DNA of 38,184 nucleotides, taken from the NCBI GenBank assembly GCA_964445405.1, contig CAYUKX010000003.1:4907-43090 (forward strand). Direction: 5' to 3'. The DNA comes from an uncultured Candidatus Saccharibacteria bacterium. GTDB taxonomy: Bacteria > Patescibacteriota > Dojkabacteria > J137. A model generated the notes under the pieces. That model made no database searches, had not been told where the DNA came from, and was given only the letters and a program-made list of their open reading frames with translations. The position numbers were made by a program, and so were the translations under genes. Below, one piece after another: positions 26,781 through 38,132 of this stretch. How positions within the stretch are numbered: position 1 is the stretch's first letter; each line of letters starts with the position of its first letter.

Positions 26781-27386
26781 ATGAGAAGATTTTTTTTCCT
26801 TGTTTATGCATGGGGTAGTACAGCCTTATTTGCTGCGTTAATATATTGGTTGGCTACAATTCCAAATCTACAAGTTGGTAACAACATGAGTGATGATTTA
26901 ATAAAAGTAGTTTTTAGAATGGTACTATATGCAATTCTGTTTATTCTTTTATACAGATCTGTAATTATAACTTTAAAATCCACTGTAGTAAGACTTGCAA
27001 ACTTCAGATCAAGAAATGAAAAAGTAGAGGATGCAGAGTTTGTTTTAGTAATTGAAACTTTGGTAGTCATTTTGTGTATGGTAATTAGCGTTCTATTTTC
27101 CTTCTTTGAAGAGCATACGCAATTATTTACTTCAGGCAGAAATGGAGCAGAATCATTCTTGATTGAAAGTAACGGTGAATATTTCAAATCTGAATCAGTA
27201 TCACCACTTACAAATTCAACCTATATAACCTTAAACGCTATAAACGAATCAAATAAAGATATTTTAATAAGTATCCTATCCGTTTTGCTAACTGGTATGG
27301 TAGCATACAGTATGCCTGTAATTGGAGAGCTAGAACTAGCTTTAAAGCATAAAGTTCAGAGGGAAATCAGAGAGAAAAAGGATTAA
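26781..27386 (+). CDS. Membrane protein, VanZ-like (weak call)
   Basis: Four or more hydrophobic segments. EEHTQLFTSGRNG and DILISILSVLLTG resemble VanZ-family E..Q....R and D...N..G patterns, separated by an insertion. Confidence 0.4.
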   Translation: MRRFFFLVYAWGSTALFAALIYWLATIPNLQVGNNMSDDLIKVVFRMVLYAILFILLYRSVIITLKSTVVRLANFRSRNEKVEDAEFVLVIETLVVILCMVISVLFSFFEEHTQLFTSGRNGAESFLIESNGEYFKSESVSPLTNSTYITLNAINESNKDILISILSVLLTGMVAYSMPVIGELELALKHKVQREIREKKD

Positions 27387-27438
27387 ACCATACCTGCTCA
27401 ATATCTCAACCTTGGCAACCCGCCAAAACTAATTATTG

Positions 27439-27447
27439 TGCTAAAAT
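27439..27447 (+). promoter_or_regulatory. Extended -10 promoter TGcTAAAAT upstream of gyrB
   Basis: TG at 27439-27440 and TAAAAT at 27442-27447, 33 nt upstream of the gyrB ATG. Confidence 0.4.
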
Positions 27448-27470
27448 TTACTTATTCGGCTTGTTAATGA

Positions 27471-29399
<1,929 letters not shown>

Positions 29400-29413
29400 G
29401 TTAATAAAGTAAT

Positions 29414-32074
29414 ATGGACGAAAATACTACTGAAAATGAAAATTTGAATACTGTTGCTGAGAAACCAGAAACAGAGGTTAATACTTATACTGAGCCAAAT
29501 CTTTTAAAACAGGATATCGTTGGCGAGCTTAAGCAAAGTTACATTAACTATGCAATGAGCGTTATTGTAGCCAGAGCTTTACCTGATGTAAGAGACGGTT
29601 TAAAACCTGTACAAAGAAGAATTTTATATTCTATGTACAGCATGGGTATTTTACCAGGAAGTGGATTCAAAAAGGTTGCCAGAATTTCTGGAGACACAAT
29701 GGGTAAATACCATCCACACGGAGATGCTTCTATTAACGATGCATTGGTTAGAATGGCTCAGGATTTTACTATGAGATATACTCTTGTTGATGGACAAGGA
29801 AACTTTGGTTCCATTGACGGAGACCCAGCTGCTGCTGCCAGATATATAGAAGCAAGGCTAGATAAAGTTGGCCACGAAATGCTAAAAGGAGTAGAGGAAA
29901 CGGTAGACTTTGTTCCAAACTACGACGGTCATGAAACAGAACCAAATGTACTACCCGCTGGCTTACCTAACTTATTATTGAATGGAGGAGAGGGTATTGC
30001 TGTTGGTATGGCCACAAAGATTCCTCCACATAACCTCGGAGAATTGGTAAACGGGATTGTGAAAATGATTGATGACGGCAATACATGGGACTCAAAGGAA
30101 TTAGAAAAGATAAATCTAAACTACAAAGAAGCATTACTAAAAAGAGAGGACATAGCTAACTTACCTAAGAATAGATTTCATAGATTCCTAACTGGACTTG
30201 AAGTAAAAGACTTATTAACTGAAATTAAAGGTCCTGATTTCCCTACTGGTGCACACATTTATAATGCGAAAGAGTTCTCAACTGTTTACGAAACAGGTAG
30301 AGGTGGAATTCTAATGCGTGGTATTTCAGAAATTGAAGAAATTAAAGGCGGCAAATTTAGAATTATAGTTACTGCACTACCTTTTCAGGTAAATAAAGCT
30401 GTATTAATTACTAAAATAGCTCAACTTTATAAAGACAAGAAAATCGAAGGTATTAGCGATTTAAGAGATGAATCTAATAAACAAGGTATTCGTATAGTAA
30501 TCGAACTAAAGAAGGATGCTAAGCCTAAGACAGTTCAAAATCAGCTATATAAATATACTGAACTACAAAAGAATTTTAACGTTAACATGCTTGCATTAGT
30601 TAACAACGAACCAAGACTTTTAAACTTAAAAGAGGTTCTAGAATTCTTCACAACACATAGACAAGAAGTTGTAATTAGAAGAAGTGAATACGACTTAGCA
30701 AAAACAAGAGAAAGAGAACATATACTTGCAGGTTTAATGATTGCACTAGATCATTTAGATGAGGTTATTAGCATTATTAGAAAATCTAAAGATGCTGAAA
30801 GTGCTAAATCTGAATTAATGACAAGATTTAAGCTAAGTGATATTCAAGCACAAGCTATACTAGATATGCAATTAAGAAGGTTAGCTGCTCTTGAAAGACA
30901 AAAAATTGAGGACGAATATAAAGAAGTATTAGCTAAAATTGAAAGTTTATTATCAATTCTTAATACTCCAGAAAAAGTACTAAATATTGTAAAGACTGAG
31001 CTTTTAGAACTGAAAGAAAAATATGGTGATAATAGAAAAACTAAAGTATACAAAGGTGACGTTGATGAATTTAGCGAAGAGGATCTAATTACAGAAGAAC
31101 AAGCATTTGTAACTATAAGTACACAGGGCTACATAAAAAGAGTAAAAGATGATACTTACAAATCTCAAAAAAGGGGTGGAGTAGGTGTTAAAGCTCAAAC
31201 AACAAAAGAAGAGGACTCTGTAAAACACGTATTTAGTTGCTCTACCCACGATGAGATACTTTTCTTCAGTAATTTAGGTAAAGTATATTCATTAAAAGTT
31301 TATGATATTCCAGAAGCATCTAGAACAGCAAAGGGAATACCTTTAGTTAATTTAGCTAACATTTCTCAGGGAGAATTAGTAACTTCTGTATTAACTAGAA
31401 ATGCCAACGGTCATATTCTTGACGAAGAAATTCTTCAAGAAGGCGAAGGAAAAAGGGAAAATGAAGGAAAAGCTTATAAGTTCTTATTTATGGCTACTAA
31501 AAAAGGTACTGTAAAAAAGACTGAATTAAAGGACTTTGACAATATAAGATCTAATGGCTTAATAGCTATTGCATTAACTGATGGTGATGATCTTGTTTGG
31601 GTAAAACCAACAACCGGTGAAAGTGAGATTCTATTGGTGACAAAGGAAGCTAAATCTATTCACTTCAAAGAAACAGACGTAAGGGAAACAGGAAGAGCTT
31701 CTCAGGGTGTTAGAGGTATTAAATTAAAGGATACAGACGAAGTAATTTCGATGGATGTTGTAAGGAAAAAAGAAGATTTAATGCTTACTATATCTGAAAA
31801 CGGATTTGGTAAAGTTACAACGTTAGAACAATTTACTATTCAAAACCGTGGTGGATCTGGAATATTCGCCGCAAAAGTAAATAAGAAAACTGGAAATCTT
31901 GTTGTAGCAAGAATCTTAGATCACCCTGAAAAAGAATTGCTTATTTTAAGCTCTAAGGGTCAAGCTGTAAGAATTCCAACAAATGAATTACCATCTAGAA
32001 ACAGACAAACATCTGGAGTAACTTTAATGCGAGTTAAAGGTGGTGATACTGTTACAGCTGCAACTATAATTTAA
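29414..32074 (+). CDS. gyrA: DNA gyrase subunit A
   Basis: [24 protein letters not shown], the [10 protein letters not shown] active-site Tyr context and a GyrA-box-like [10 protein letters not shown] in the C-terminal domain. Confidence 0.97.
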   Translation: MDENTTENENLNTVAEKPETEVNTYTEPNLLKQDIVGELKQSYINYAMSVIVARALPDVRDGLKPVQRRILYSMYSMGILPGSGFKKVARISGDTMGKYHPHGDASINDALVRMAQDFTMRYTLVDGQGNFGSIDGDPAAAARYIEARLDKVGHEMLKGVEETVDFVPNYDGHETEPNVLPAGLPNLLLNGGEGIAVGMATKIPPHNLGELVNGIVKMIDDGNTWDSKELEKINLNYKEALLKREDIANLPKNRFHRFLTGLEVKDLLTEIKGPDFPTGAHIYNAKEFSTVYETGRGGILMRGISEIEEIKGGKFRIIVTALPFQVNKAVLITKIAQLYKDKKIEGISDLRDESNKQGIRIVIELKKDAKPKTVQNQLYKYTELQKNFNVNMLALVNNEPRLLNLKEVLEFFTTHRQEVVIRRSEYDLAKTREREHILAGLMIALDHLDEVISIIRKSKDAESAKSELMTRFKLSDIQAQAILDMQLRRLAALERQKIEDEYKEVLAKIESLLSILNTPEKVLNIVKTELLELKEKYGDNRKTKVYKGDVDEFSEEDLITEEQAFVTISTQGYIKRVKDDTYKSQKRGGVGVKAQTTKEEDSVKHVFSCSTHDEILFFSNLGKVYSLKVYDIPEASRTAKGIPLVNLANISQGELVTSVLTRNANGHILDEEILQEGEGKRENEGKAYKFLFMATKKGTVKKTELKDFDNIRSNGLIAIALTDGDDLVWVKPTTGESEILLVTKEAKSIHFKETDVRETGRASQGVRGIKLKDTDEVISMDVVRKKEDLMLTISENGFGKVTTLEQFTIQNRGGSGIFAAKVNKKTGNLVVARILDHPEKELLILSSKGQAVRIPTNELPSRNRQTSGVTLMRVKGGDTVTAATII

Positions 32075-32098
32075 GAACTGCTTTTTAAGAATAAATCG

Positions 32099-32127
32099 AA
32101 TCCCGGCTAATAACCGGGATTTTTTTA
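32099..32127 (+). terminator. Rho-independent terminator after gyrA
   Basis: AATCCCGG-CTAATAA-CCGGGATT followed by a T run. Confidence 0.8.
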
Positions 32128-32142
32128 TATCTCTGGAACTAA

Positions 32143-32156
32143 ATTATACTCAGTAA
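32143..32156. repeat. Left copy of a perfect 14-nt inverted repeat (ATTATACTCAGTAA)
   Basis: It is the exact reverse complement of 32599-32612. Confidence 0.7.
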
Positions 32157-32598
32157 CTGTATTCTAAATATATTCTTATTTGTAATAATTTAAAATAATT
32201 GATTCTTTAACTAGTTGTTTGTCTATTCACAAAAATTTACTGATATATGTTGCCTTTTCTATCAATCCTTAGCTTTATAGTGTCGCAATGCATTACCTGC
32301 TCTCGTTTTTAGAGATATCGAGTTTAAATGCGTTTTAAGCCCGTTTGTTTTTTGAAGGCTAGTAACAAGGCATCTTTTATTATTGGATTTGAATGGAATA
32401 GAGTGAAATAACAAATTTTACCCTTAATATGACTTTTGTTAAAAAGAGGATATTTCAGAAAAAACGAATTTAATAAAAATAGAAGGAATTCAAAAAATAA
32501 TTATTATTCGAGCTAAATTAATTCTTATTACGAACTTATAAAAGTACCAATACAAAACAATAGAGTAGCTTAAACCACTCTTTTCCAAGGGACTAATC

Positions 32599-32612
32599 TT
32601 ACTGAGTATAAT
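32599..32612. repeat. Right copy of the perfect 14-nt inverted repeat (TTACTGAGTATAAT)
   Basis: It is the exact reverse complement of 32143-32156. It overlaps an 11-6-11 imperfect palindrome at 32601-32628. Confidence 0.7.
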
Positions 32613-32755
32613 ATCCCTTATATGTAGTAAGACTGTATTTACGCCGTGATTTTTTAAGTATTCTTAAACTTTACAATTCTATTAACAAAAGGAAGTAAAT
32701 CTATATTTAGCCGATTTGTAGCTTATTATGTACTTTCAAAAATTTACACTAGGAA

Positions 32756-33919
32756 TTAAATAATAGTTCCGTTAATCCCCCAGACACTATTCGTAACGAG
32801 CAGGAGTGTGATTAAACCTACCAAGACACCGTACTCTACCCAGAGTGACTTACCAACATTTCCACGAACTTCTAAAGCTACGTTAAAGATAATGTAATAG
32901 ATAATTGCGATTACCAGTATGGAGTATATGCTCTCTATTGGCCACACAGATATAGCTAACATTGCTACTAGTGTTGTCAGCACTACAGATCCTGTTCTAA
33001 GCAAAATATTCGACTCCTGAAGCTCTTTTATAGAAGAAAGTGATGAATATGTAAAGTAAAACACAAAGCCCAGTACTAGAGCAAACTTAACCAATAAATT
33101 AGAATTGGAGCTAAAAGTGAAGATCATAATCAAGTAGGTAGAAATAAGCCCTACTATAAATTGCGAGGCCTTAGCTGCCTGTTCCAAAGGTAATTGTCCG
33201 TGTACTTTTGAACCATTCAAAATATTAGCGGTTAGCACTAAAAGATAGCTAACAAATATATATCCTGCCGCAACTCCTAGGGCAAAAAGTGTTTTATATA
33301 TGCTGTTGTCTATGGTTAAAATCAGAGAGTAACTTAAAATGCTGATAGGCGCTAAAGCAATACTTGGGTAGAAAGAAACTGTGAAAAGTCTTTTGCCACT
33401 CACTTTAAAGAATAATACCCAGTTGGTTAGTAAAAACATCAGTGCAGACATAAATATAGCTAACATTGCTGTTCTTCTAGTGTTTTCGCTGCCATCTTCT
33501 TGAACATTTAGAACGTATGTTGAGTTACGATCCTTTGTAGTTACGGTAGTCTGAGCTAAGTTAGATATATTTCCATTAGAGTCAATACTGCCTATCCCTA
33601 CTTTATAATCCTTACCCTGCTCTAAGTCATATATAGCATAGTTATCCACATCTCTACCGTTCAATCTTTCATCTGTAATTCTTTGCCCGTTAAGACTCAG
33701 AAAGTACCCAGTAACATCTAATTCCTTAGCCTTATCCCATGATAGGTCAATTTCTTTGGACTTCTGCACTATGTTTACATTGTTTAACCCTGAGGGAGGA
33801 AGGATGAATTCAGCTATGCCTGTTGAAATTGGACTCAACAATAAAAAGAATACAATTCCTAATAATGTAACGGAAAGTACTGCTCTTTGTCTTGTATCTA
33901 GTGTTTTTAATTTCTTCAT
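32756..33919 (-). CDS. Membrane protein with a signal/anchor, an FN3-like extracytoplasmic domain and a polytopic C-terminal domain of about 7 TM helices
   Basis: The beta-rich segment IDLSWDKAKELDVTGYFLSLNGQRI...DYKVGIGSIDSNGNISN resembles fibronectin type III. Multiple hydrophobic helices follow. It is the last gene of the ruv operon. Confidence 0.6.
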   Translation of the reverse strand: MKKLKTLDTRQRAVLSVTLLGIVFFLLLSPISTGIAEFILPPSGLNNVNIVQKSKEIDLSWDKAKELDVTGYFLSLNGQRITDERLNGRDVDNYAIYDLEQGKDYKVGIGSIDSNGNISNLAQTTVTTKDRNSTYVLNVQEDGSENTRRTAMLAIFMSALMFLLTNWVLFFKVSGKRLFTVSFYPSIALAPISILSYSLILTIDNSIYKTLFALGVAAGYIFVSYLLVLTANILNGSKVHGQLPLEQAAKASQFIVGLISTYLIMIFTFSSNSNLLVKFALVLGFVFYFTYSSLSSIKELQESNILLRTGSVVLTTLVAMLAISVWPIESIYSILVIAIIYYIIFNVALEVRGNVGKSLWVEYGVLVGLITLLLVTNSVWGINGTII

Positions 33920-33944
33920 AAATCTTATTATAAATTATTCAATC

Positions 33945-34955
33945 TCACTCTACTACATCTAGCAAATGATTTCCTCCATAGCTTCTTAAACCGTTATCAG
34001 TAACCACTCTACCCTTTGGTGTCCTTTTTAATAAACCTTTTTTAATTAAAAAGGGCTCATAAACTGTTTCAATTGTCTCTGGCTCTTCAGACAAAGACGC
34101 CGCAAGTGTACTTAAACCCACAGGCCGATTACTAAAGTGCTCAATAATAACTTTTAGTATATTTCTATCTAGAATATCAAGACCGTTATCATCAATTTCT
34201 AGAAGCTCTAATGCTTTTTTAGCTGTTAAAACGTCAATAAACTCCTTACCATCAACGATTGACATATCTCTAACTCTTTTTAATATTCTTATAGCTATTC
34301 TTGCGGTCATCCTTGATCTTTTTGCTATCTCCAAGGCTGCTTGCACGTCAATAGCAACCCCAAGCATACGTGCCTTTTGCATAACGAGCTGTTTAAGTTC
34401 TTCGTCAGTATAAAAATCAAGCCTAAATGACATTCCAAATCTATCTCTTAATGGACCACTTATCATTGATAGTTTTGTTGTTGCACCTATTATTGTAAAT
34501 TTAGGCAAATCTAATCTTAATGTTCTTGCATTAGGCCCTTTACCGATTACTATATCGAGTACGCTATCTTCCATTGCGGGGTAAAGTATCTCTTCAATTT
34601 GCAATCGTAATCTATGGATTTCATCTATGAATAATATTGAGTTGTCTTCTAAGGACGTCAATATGGCAGCCAAATCGCCAGCCTTATCAAGAACAGAACC
34701 ATTTGTAATATGAATAGGAACTCCCATCTCTTTTGCTATAACGTGTGCGAAACTAGTTTTACCTAATCCAGGAGGCCCATGAAATAGTACGTGGTCTAAA
34801 GCCTTTTTTCTTTTTTTGGCAGAATCAATCATTATCTGAATATTTTTCTTTTCAAGGTTTCTACCTATTATTTCATCCAGATTACTTGGTCTTAGGGAAG
34901 TCTCAAGTACCTCTTCTGATTCATTCTTAGCTGTAGGGTCAGTAAATTCAGTCAT
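33945..34955 (-). CDS. ruvB: Holliday junction branch migration ATPase RuvB
   Basis: LRPSNLDEIIGR...HVLFHGPPGLGKTSFAHVIAKEMG, Walker B FIDEIHRL. Confidence 0.95.
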   Translation of the reverse strand: MTEFTDPTAKNESEEVLETSLRPSNLDEIIGRNLEKKNIQIMIDSAKKRKKALDHVLFHGPPGLGKTSFAHVIAKEMGVPIHITNGSVLDKAGDLAAILTSLEDNSILFIDEIHRLRLQIEEILYPAMEDSVLDIVIGKGPNARTLRLDLPKFTIIGATTKLSMISGPLRDRFGMSFRLDFYTDEELKQLVMQKARMLGVAIDVQAALEIAKRSRMTARIAIRILKRVRDMSIVDGKEFIDVLTAKKALELLEIDDNGLDILDRNILKVIIEHFSNRPVGLSTLAASLSEEPETIETVYEPFLIKKGLLKRTPKGRVVTDNGLRSYGGNHLLDVVE

Positions 34956-34956
34956 T

Positions 34957-35559
34957 TTAGATTACTTTAAGCAATAATTTTACTAAGCTTGGAGAATCAG
35001 TAATAGATTCTAATTGTAATTCATCAAGTTGATTGTAGGCAGTTCTAACATCTTGCTCACGATACCCCAACGAAGTAAGAGCTTCGATTGCATCGTCTAA
35101 TAAAAGGTTTACCTTTCTGTTACCATTCTGCGTGATATTAACTTCTACAGATAGGTCTTCTGCAAACTTAGCTAACTTAGTCTTTAGCTCTATTACAATT
35201 TTCTGAGCAGTTTTTGGACCTACTCCACTAACTTTTAACTCTTCGTGGTTTCCTGAAACAACAGACTGAATAATTAAATCAAAGCCCTTTGCATCAATTA
35301 ATGTCATTGCTGTTTTTGTGCCTACCCCCGAAACAGAAATTAAATACTCAAATAATCCAAGATCATTTTTATTTGTAAACCCCCATAAAGAAAGTTCAGT
35401 TTCTTTTACAGATGTATAAATATACAGGCTAGCTTCTTGATTCAATAAGAATTTTTCATTTGATTGAATATTAACTTTATAACCAACTGAATCATTAGCT
35501 AGTACTACTAATTCATTCTTAGAAATATCAATAACTTTTCCTTTAATGAATCCGATCAT
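34957..35559 (-). CDS. ruvA: Holliday junction DNA-binding protein RuvA
   Basis: MIGFIKGKV...VGYKVNI, helix-hairpin-helix motifs (VSGVGTKTA, VSGVGPKTAQKI) and C-terminal domain III. Confidence 0.9.
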   Translation of the reverse strand: MIGFIKGKVIDISKNELVVLANDSVGYKVNIQSNEKFLLNQEASLYIYTSVKETELSLWGFTNKNDLGLFEYLISVSGVGTKTAMTLIDAKGFDLIIQSVVSGNHEELKVSGVGPKTAQKIVIELKTKLAKFAEDLSVEVNITQNGNRKVNLLLDDAIEALTSLGYREQDVRTAYNQLDELQLESITDSPSLVKLLLKVI

Positions 35560-36050
35560 ATCGTTTTAATAATTCTATATGTATTAACATGACAATAACC
35601 AATTGCGATAGCGTCTGCAACATCATCTGGCTTTGGCGCCTCCTTTAGACCAAATACCATTTTAACCATTTTTTGAATTTGAGCTTTTTCGGCTCTTCCA
35701 TAACCTGTAATACTTGTCTTAACCTGCAAAGGAGTATAATTAAATATTTCAAGATTATTTAGCTGTGCTGTTAATAGTATAACACCCCTCGCCTGGGCAA
35801 CTGTTATTATGGTTTTTTGATTCTTAAAGAAAAACAAACTTTCAACTGCAATGTGAGTAGGTTTAAAATCTTTAATAATTTTATCTAAATCCTGGTGAAG
35901 AATAGCTAATCGTTTTTCAAACTGATCATCGGCTGTAGTAATAATTGCGCCGTACTCAACTAATTTCATTCCATTTTTATACATGGGATCTTTATCTATT
36001 ATGGACCAGCCAGTAATAGCAAATCCCACATCAATTCCCAAAACTCTCAT
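35556..36050 (-). CDS. ruvC: Crossover junction endodeoxyribonuclease RuvC
   Basis: MRVLGIDVGFAITGWSIID, ...AVESLFF..., DDVADAIAIGYCH. ATGA overlap with ruvA. Confidence 0.9.
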   Translation of the reverse strand: MRVLGIDVGFAITGWSIIDKDPMYKNGMKLVEYGAIITTADDQFEKRLAILHQDLDKIIKDFKPTHIAVESLFFFKNQKTIITVAQARGVILLTAQLNNLEIFNYTPLQVKTSITGYGRAEKAQIQKMVKMVFGLKEAPKPDDVADAIAIGYCHVNTYRIIKTI

Positions 36051-36064
36051 ATAGATAATATTAA

Positions 36065-36790
36065 TTAACTAATATTATCCCATACGTATACCACATCGGA
36101 ATGATTTTTTATTTCATCAATTAGCTCCTCGTTTTTTCTGTAAATTTCTTCACTAACATCAATCTTATCTTTTGCTTCTTTTATTAATCCAGCTTCAACA
36201 AATTTAAAATCTTTGACACTATCTTTGATTTGTTCAAGTACAAATTTTAGATCTTCACGATTAGTAAAAATAGTAATTGTGCCATCATCATTTTCAACAT
36301 CAACTACACCTTCAATTGAAATAATGCTTAGTAAAGTTTCGTCTATGTTATCCATTTTTTCAATTATAATCTTTCCTAATTCATTAAAGCCCCACGATAA
36401 TGAGCCTTCTGGAACTAATTTCGCACCTAATTTATTCACTATGTTTTTTAACTCCCCTACTGTTCTATTAGAATTATCTGTTTCGCAATCTATTAAAATT
36501 ATGATCCCTCCAAAGCCATTAACTTCGTAAGTTTTTTCTAATAAGGAATCGCCATCATTTTTTCCCATTCCTTTAGCTATAGCTTTCTCAATTTTTTCAG
36601 TAGTCATATTTGCAACCTTTGCTTTTTCAACAGCAATTCGCAAATAAGTATTGAACTTAATATCTGGCCCACCGCCTAATTGAGTTGCAATAATAATATC
36701 CTTTGAGACTCTTGAAAATATAGCCCCCCTTTTAGCATCTTGTACTCCCTTTGCATGCTTTATAGTTTTCCACTTTGAATGTCCTGACAT
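36065..36790 (-). CDS. yebC: YebC/PmpR-family transcriptional regulator
   Basis: MSGHSKWKTIKHAKGVQDAKRGAIFSR... 241 aa, in the conserved position upstream of ruvC. Confidence 0.93.
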   Translation of the reverse strand: MSGHSKWKTIKHAKGVQDAKRGAIFSRVSKDIIIATQLGGGPDIKFNTYLRIAVEKAKVANMTTEKIEKAIAKGMGKNDGDSLLEKTYEVNGFGGIIILIDCETDNSNRTVGELKNIVNKLGAKLVPEGSLSWGFNELGKIIIEKMDNIDETLLSIISIEGVVDVENDDGTITIFTNREDLKFVLEQIKDSVKDFKFVEAGLIKEAKDKIDVSEEIYRKNEELIDEIKNHSDVVYVWDNIS

Positions 36791-36794
36791 ATAA

Positions 36795-38096
36795 TTAATT
36801 GTTACCTATAACTAAAATCATATCTCCCGAATAATTAAATTTATATTCACCATAAACGATTTTTAGATCATCCCTAAGAATTGATCTTATTAATCTTATA
36901 GTGTTAGTAAAATTATCAGGATTATTTTTTGGTATATATAAAATATTTTGAGAAACTAAATCTGGATAGTTACCCGTTTTAATTACAGTTATTCCAGTAT
37001 TCTCAAATTTTCTTTTTAAATTGTATGCAACGCCTGACTTTTCAGTTCCATTAAAGATCTCAAGTTTAGATTGTTCTTTAATAATAGATATATTCCTAAA
37101 TAACTGAGAAAGGTCTTCGTCTAAAAGCATATCGCTGTATACTATCCCCTCTTCTCTATTTAACTTCGATAAATCTGATAGTGTAAGCTTTTCAGAAGCT
37201 AAACCTGTAAGAATAGAACTATCTGTGCTCGAAACATTCATAATAAATCTTATGAACTCATCTTTCGTAAAATTAGTATGTATAACTTGGCTAAATTCTG
37301 TGCCGTTTAAAAAGTAACTGTAAAGACTAAACTTATCTCTAAAGTTTTCAAGTAACTCTTTCAGAAACATTGACTGTCTACCAATAGCCTCATCATCAGG
37401 AATTGATTCAAACGTAACAAAATCGTTTAATTTATTTCCAGAAAGAACTTCTCCCTCAGAGATAAATGTATCTCCGAACCGATAACTTTTATCGGATTTA
37501 ATGGTTAAGTTTGTAGCTTGAACCAATTTATCAAAATCTGAATAGTCAAAAGCGATGTATCTATCAATTCGGACCGCAGAAAAGTTTTCAATTAACTCTT
37601 GAAGGTCTTTCATTTTTTCGCTGTTTGAACTAGTTAGTACATTAAACGCTGCCCTAAGAGTAACGCTATTACCATTTATATTTACAATATAATTTGGATT
37701 AAGACTATAAGTTTTAACCGTAGCATTTTGATAGTCTAGTGAAATAATAGCTATCATATTTATGAATTTATACGAATTTTGGGTATCATCGAAACCGATC
37801 AGAAGTGTGTTTATCTCTCTGGCATCGTTTAAAATTAAAGGCTGATTTTCAAGTTCAGAGGGGTCAAGATAAGGCGAAAAGTTTAATTGTGAGTATCGAG
37901 AAAGGTTAAAGCCGATAAAAAGAATAAGCGCGGAAATTATCACTATAAGAAGTAAGCCACCTCTATTCACTTGAAAACTAAAATTCTTTTTATAACTATT
38001 AAAGCCTCTTTTGGTACTTAGGTTTCTAAATATTAAAAAGGCTGAATTGTATAACTTTGTGTTCTTAATTTTAAAAAGAATTGAATTTCGATTCAT
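36795..38096 (-). CDS. LytR-CpsA-Psr (LCP) family protein with a C-terminal LytR_C-like domain (divergent)
   Basis: N-terminal TM anchor. The LCP-like core INTLLIGFDD...FINMIAIISLD lacks the usual Arg residues. The C-terminal KLEIFNGTEKSGVAYNLKRKFENTGITVIKTGNY is LytR_C-like. Confidence 0.6.
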   Translation of the reverse strand: MNRNSILFKIKNTKLYNSAFLIFRNLSTKRGFNSYKKNFSFQVNRGGLLLIVIISALILFIGFNLSRYSQLNFSPYLDPSELENQPLILNDAREINTLLIGFDDTQNSYKFINMIAIISLDYQNATVKTYSLNPNYIVNINGNSVTLRAAFNVLTSSNSEKMKDLQELIENFSAVRIDRYIAFDYSDFDKLVQATNLTIKSDKSYRFGDTFISEGEVLSGNKLNDFVTFESIPDDEAIGRQSMFLKELLENFRDKFSLYSYFLNGTEFSQVIHTNFTKDEFIRFIMNVSSTDSSILTGLASEKLTLSDLSKLNREEGIVYSDMLLDEDLSQLFRNISIIKEQSKLEIFNGTEKSGVAYNLKRKFENTGITVIKTGNYPDLVSQNILYIPKNNPDNFTNTIRLIRSILRDDLKIVYGEYKFNYSGDMILVIGNN

Positions 38097-38124
38097 GGCG
38101 TAACAGTAATCCTTTGATAAGGAT

Positions 38125-38132
38125 ATTATACA
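38125..38132 (-). promoter_or_regulatory. TGTATAAT -10 element for the LCP-yebC-ruvCAB operon
   Basis: The plus strand reads ATTATACA at 38125-38132, 29 nt upstream of the ATG at 38096. A short hairpin (ATCCTT-TGAT-AAGGAT, 38110-38124 on the plus strand) lies in the predicted 5' UTR. Confidence 0.4.

Noticed and set aside
32223-32231. Possible replication origin in the non-coding tract next to gyrB-gyrA, based on a DnaA-box-like CTATTCACA (one mismatch to TTATNCACA).
   Set aside because: I could find only this single box-like 9-mer. No dnaA or dnaN gene is nearby. The flanking genes converge on the tract rather than diverge from it.
32709-32736. A dif-like site centred on TTATGTACTTT.
   Set aside because: Only the first 7 nt of the XerD-type arm match. 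The putative XerC arm (AGCCGATTTGT) lacks the inner CATAA and shows no dyad symmetry with the other arm.
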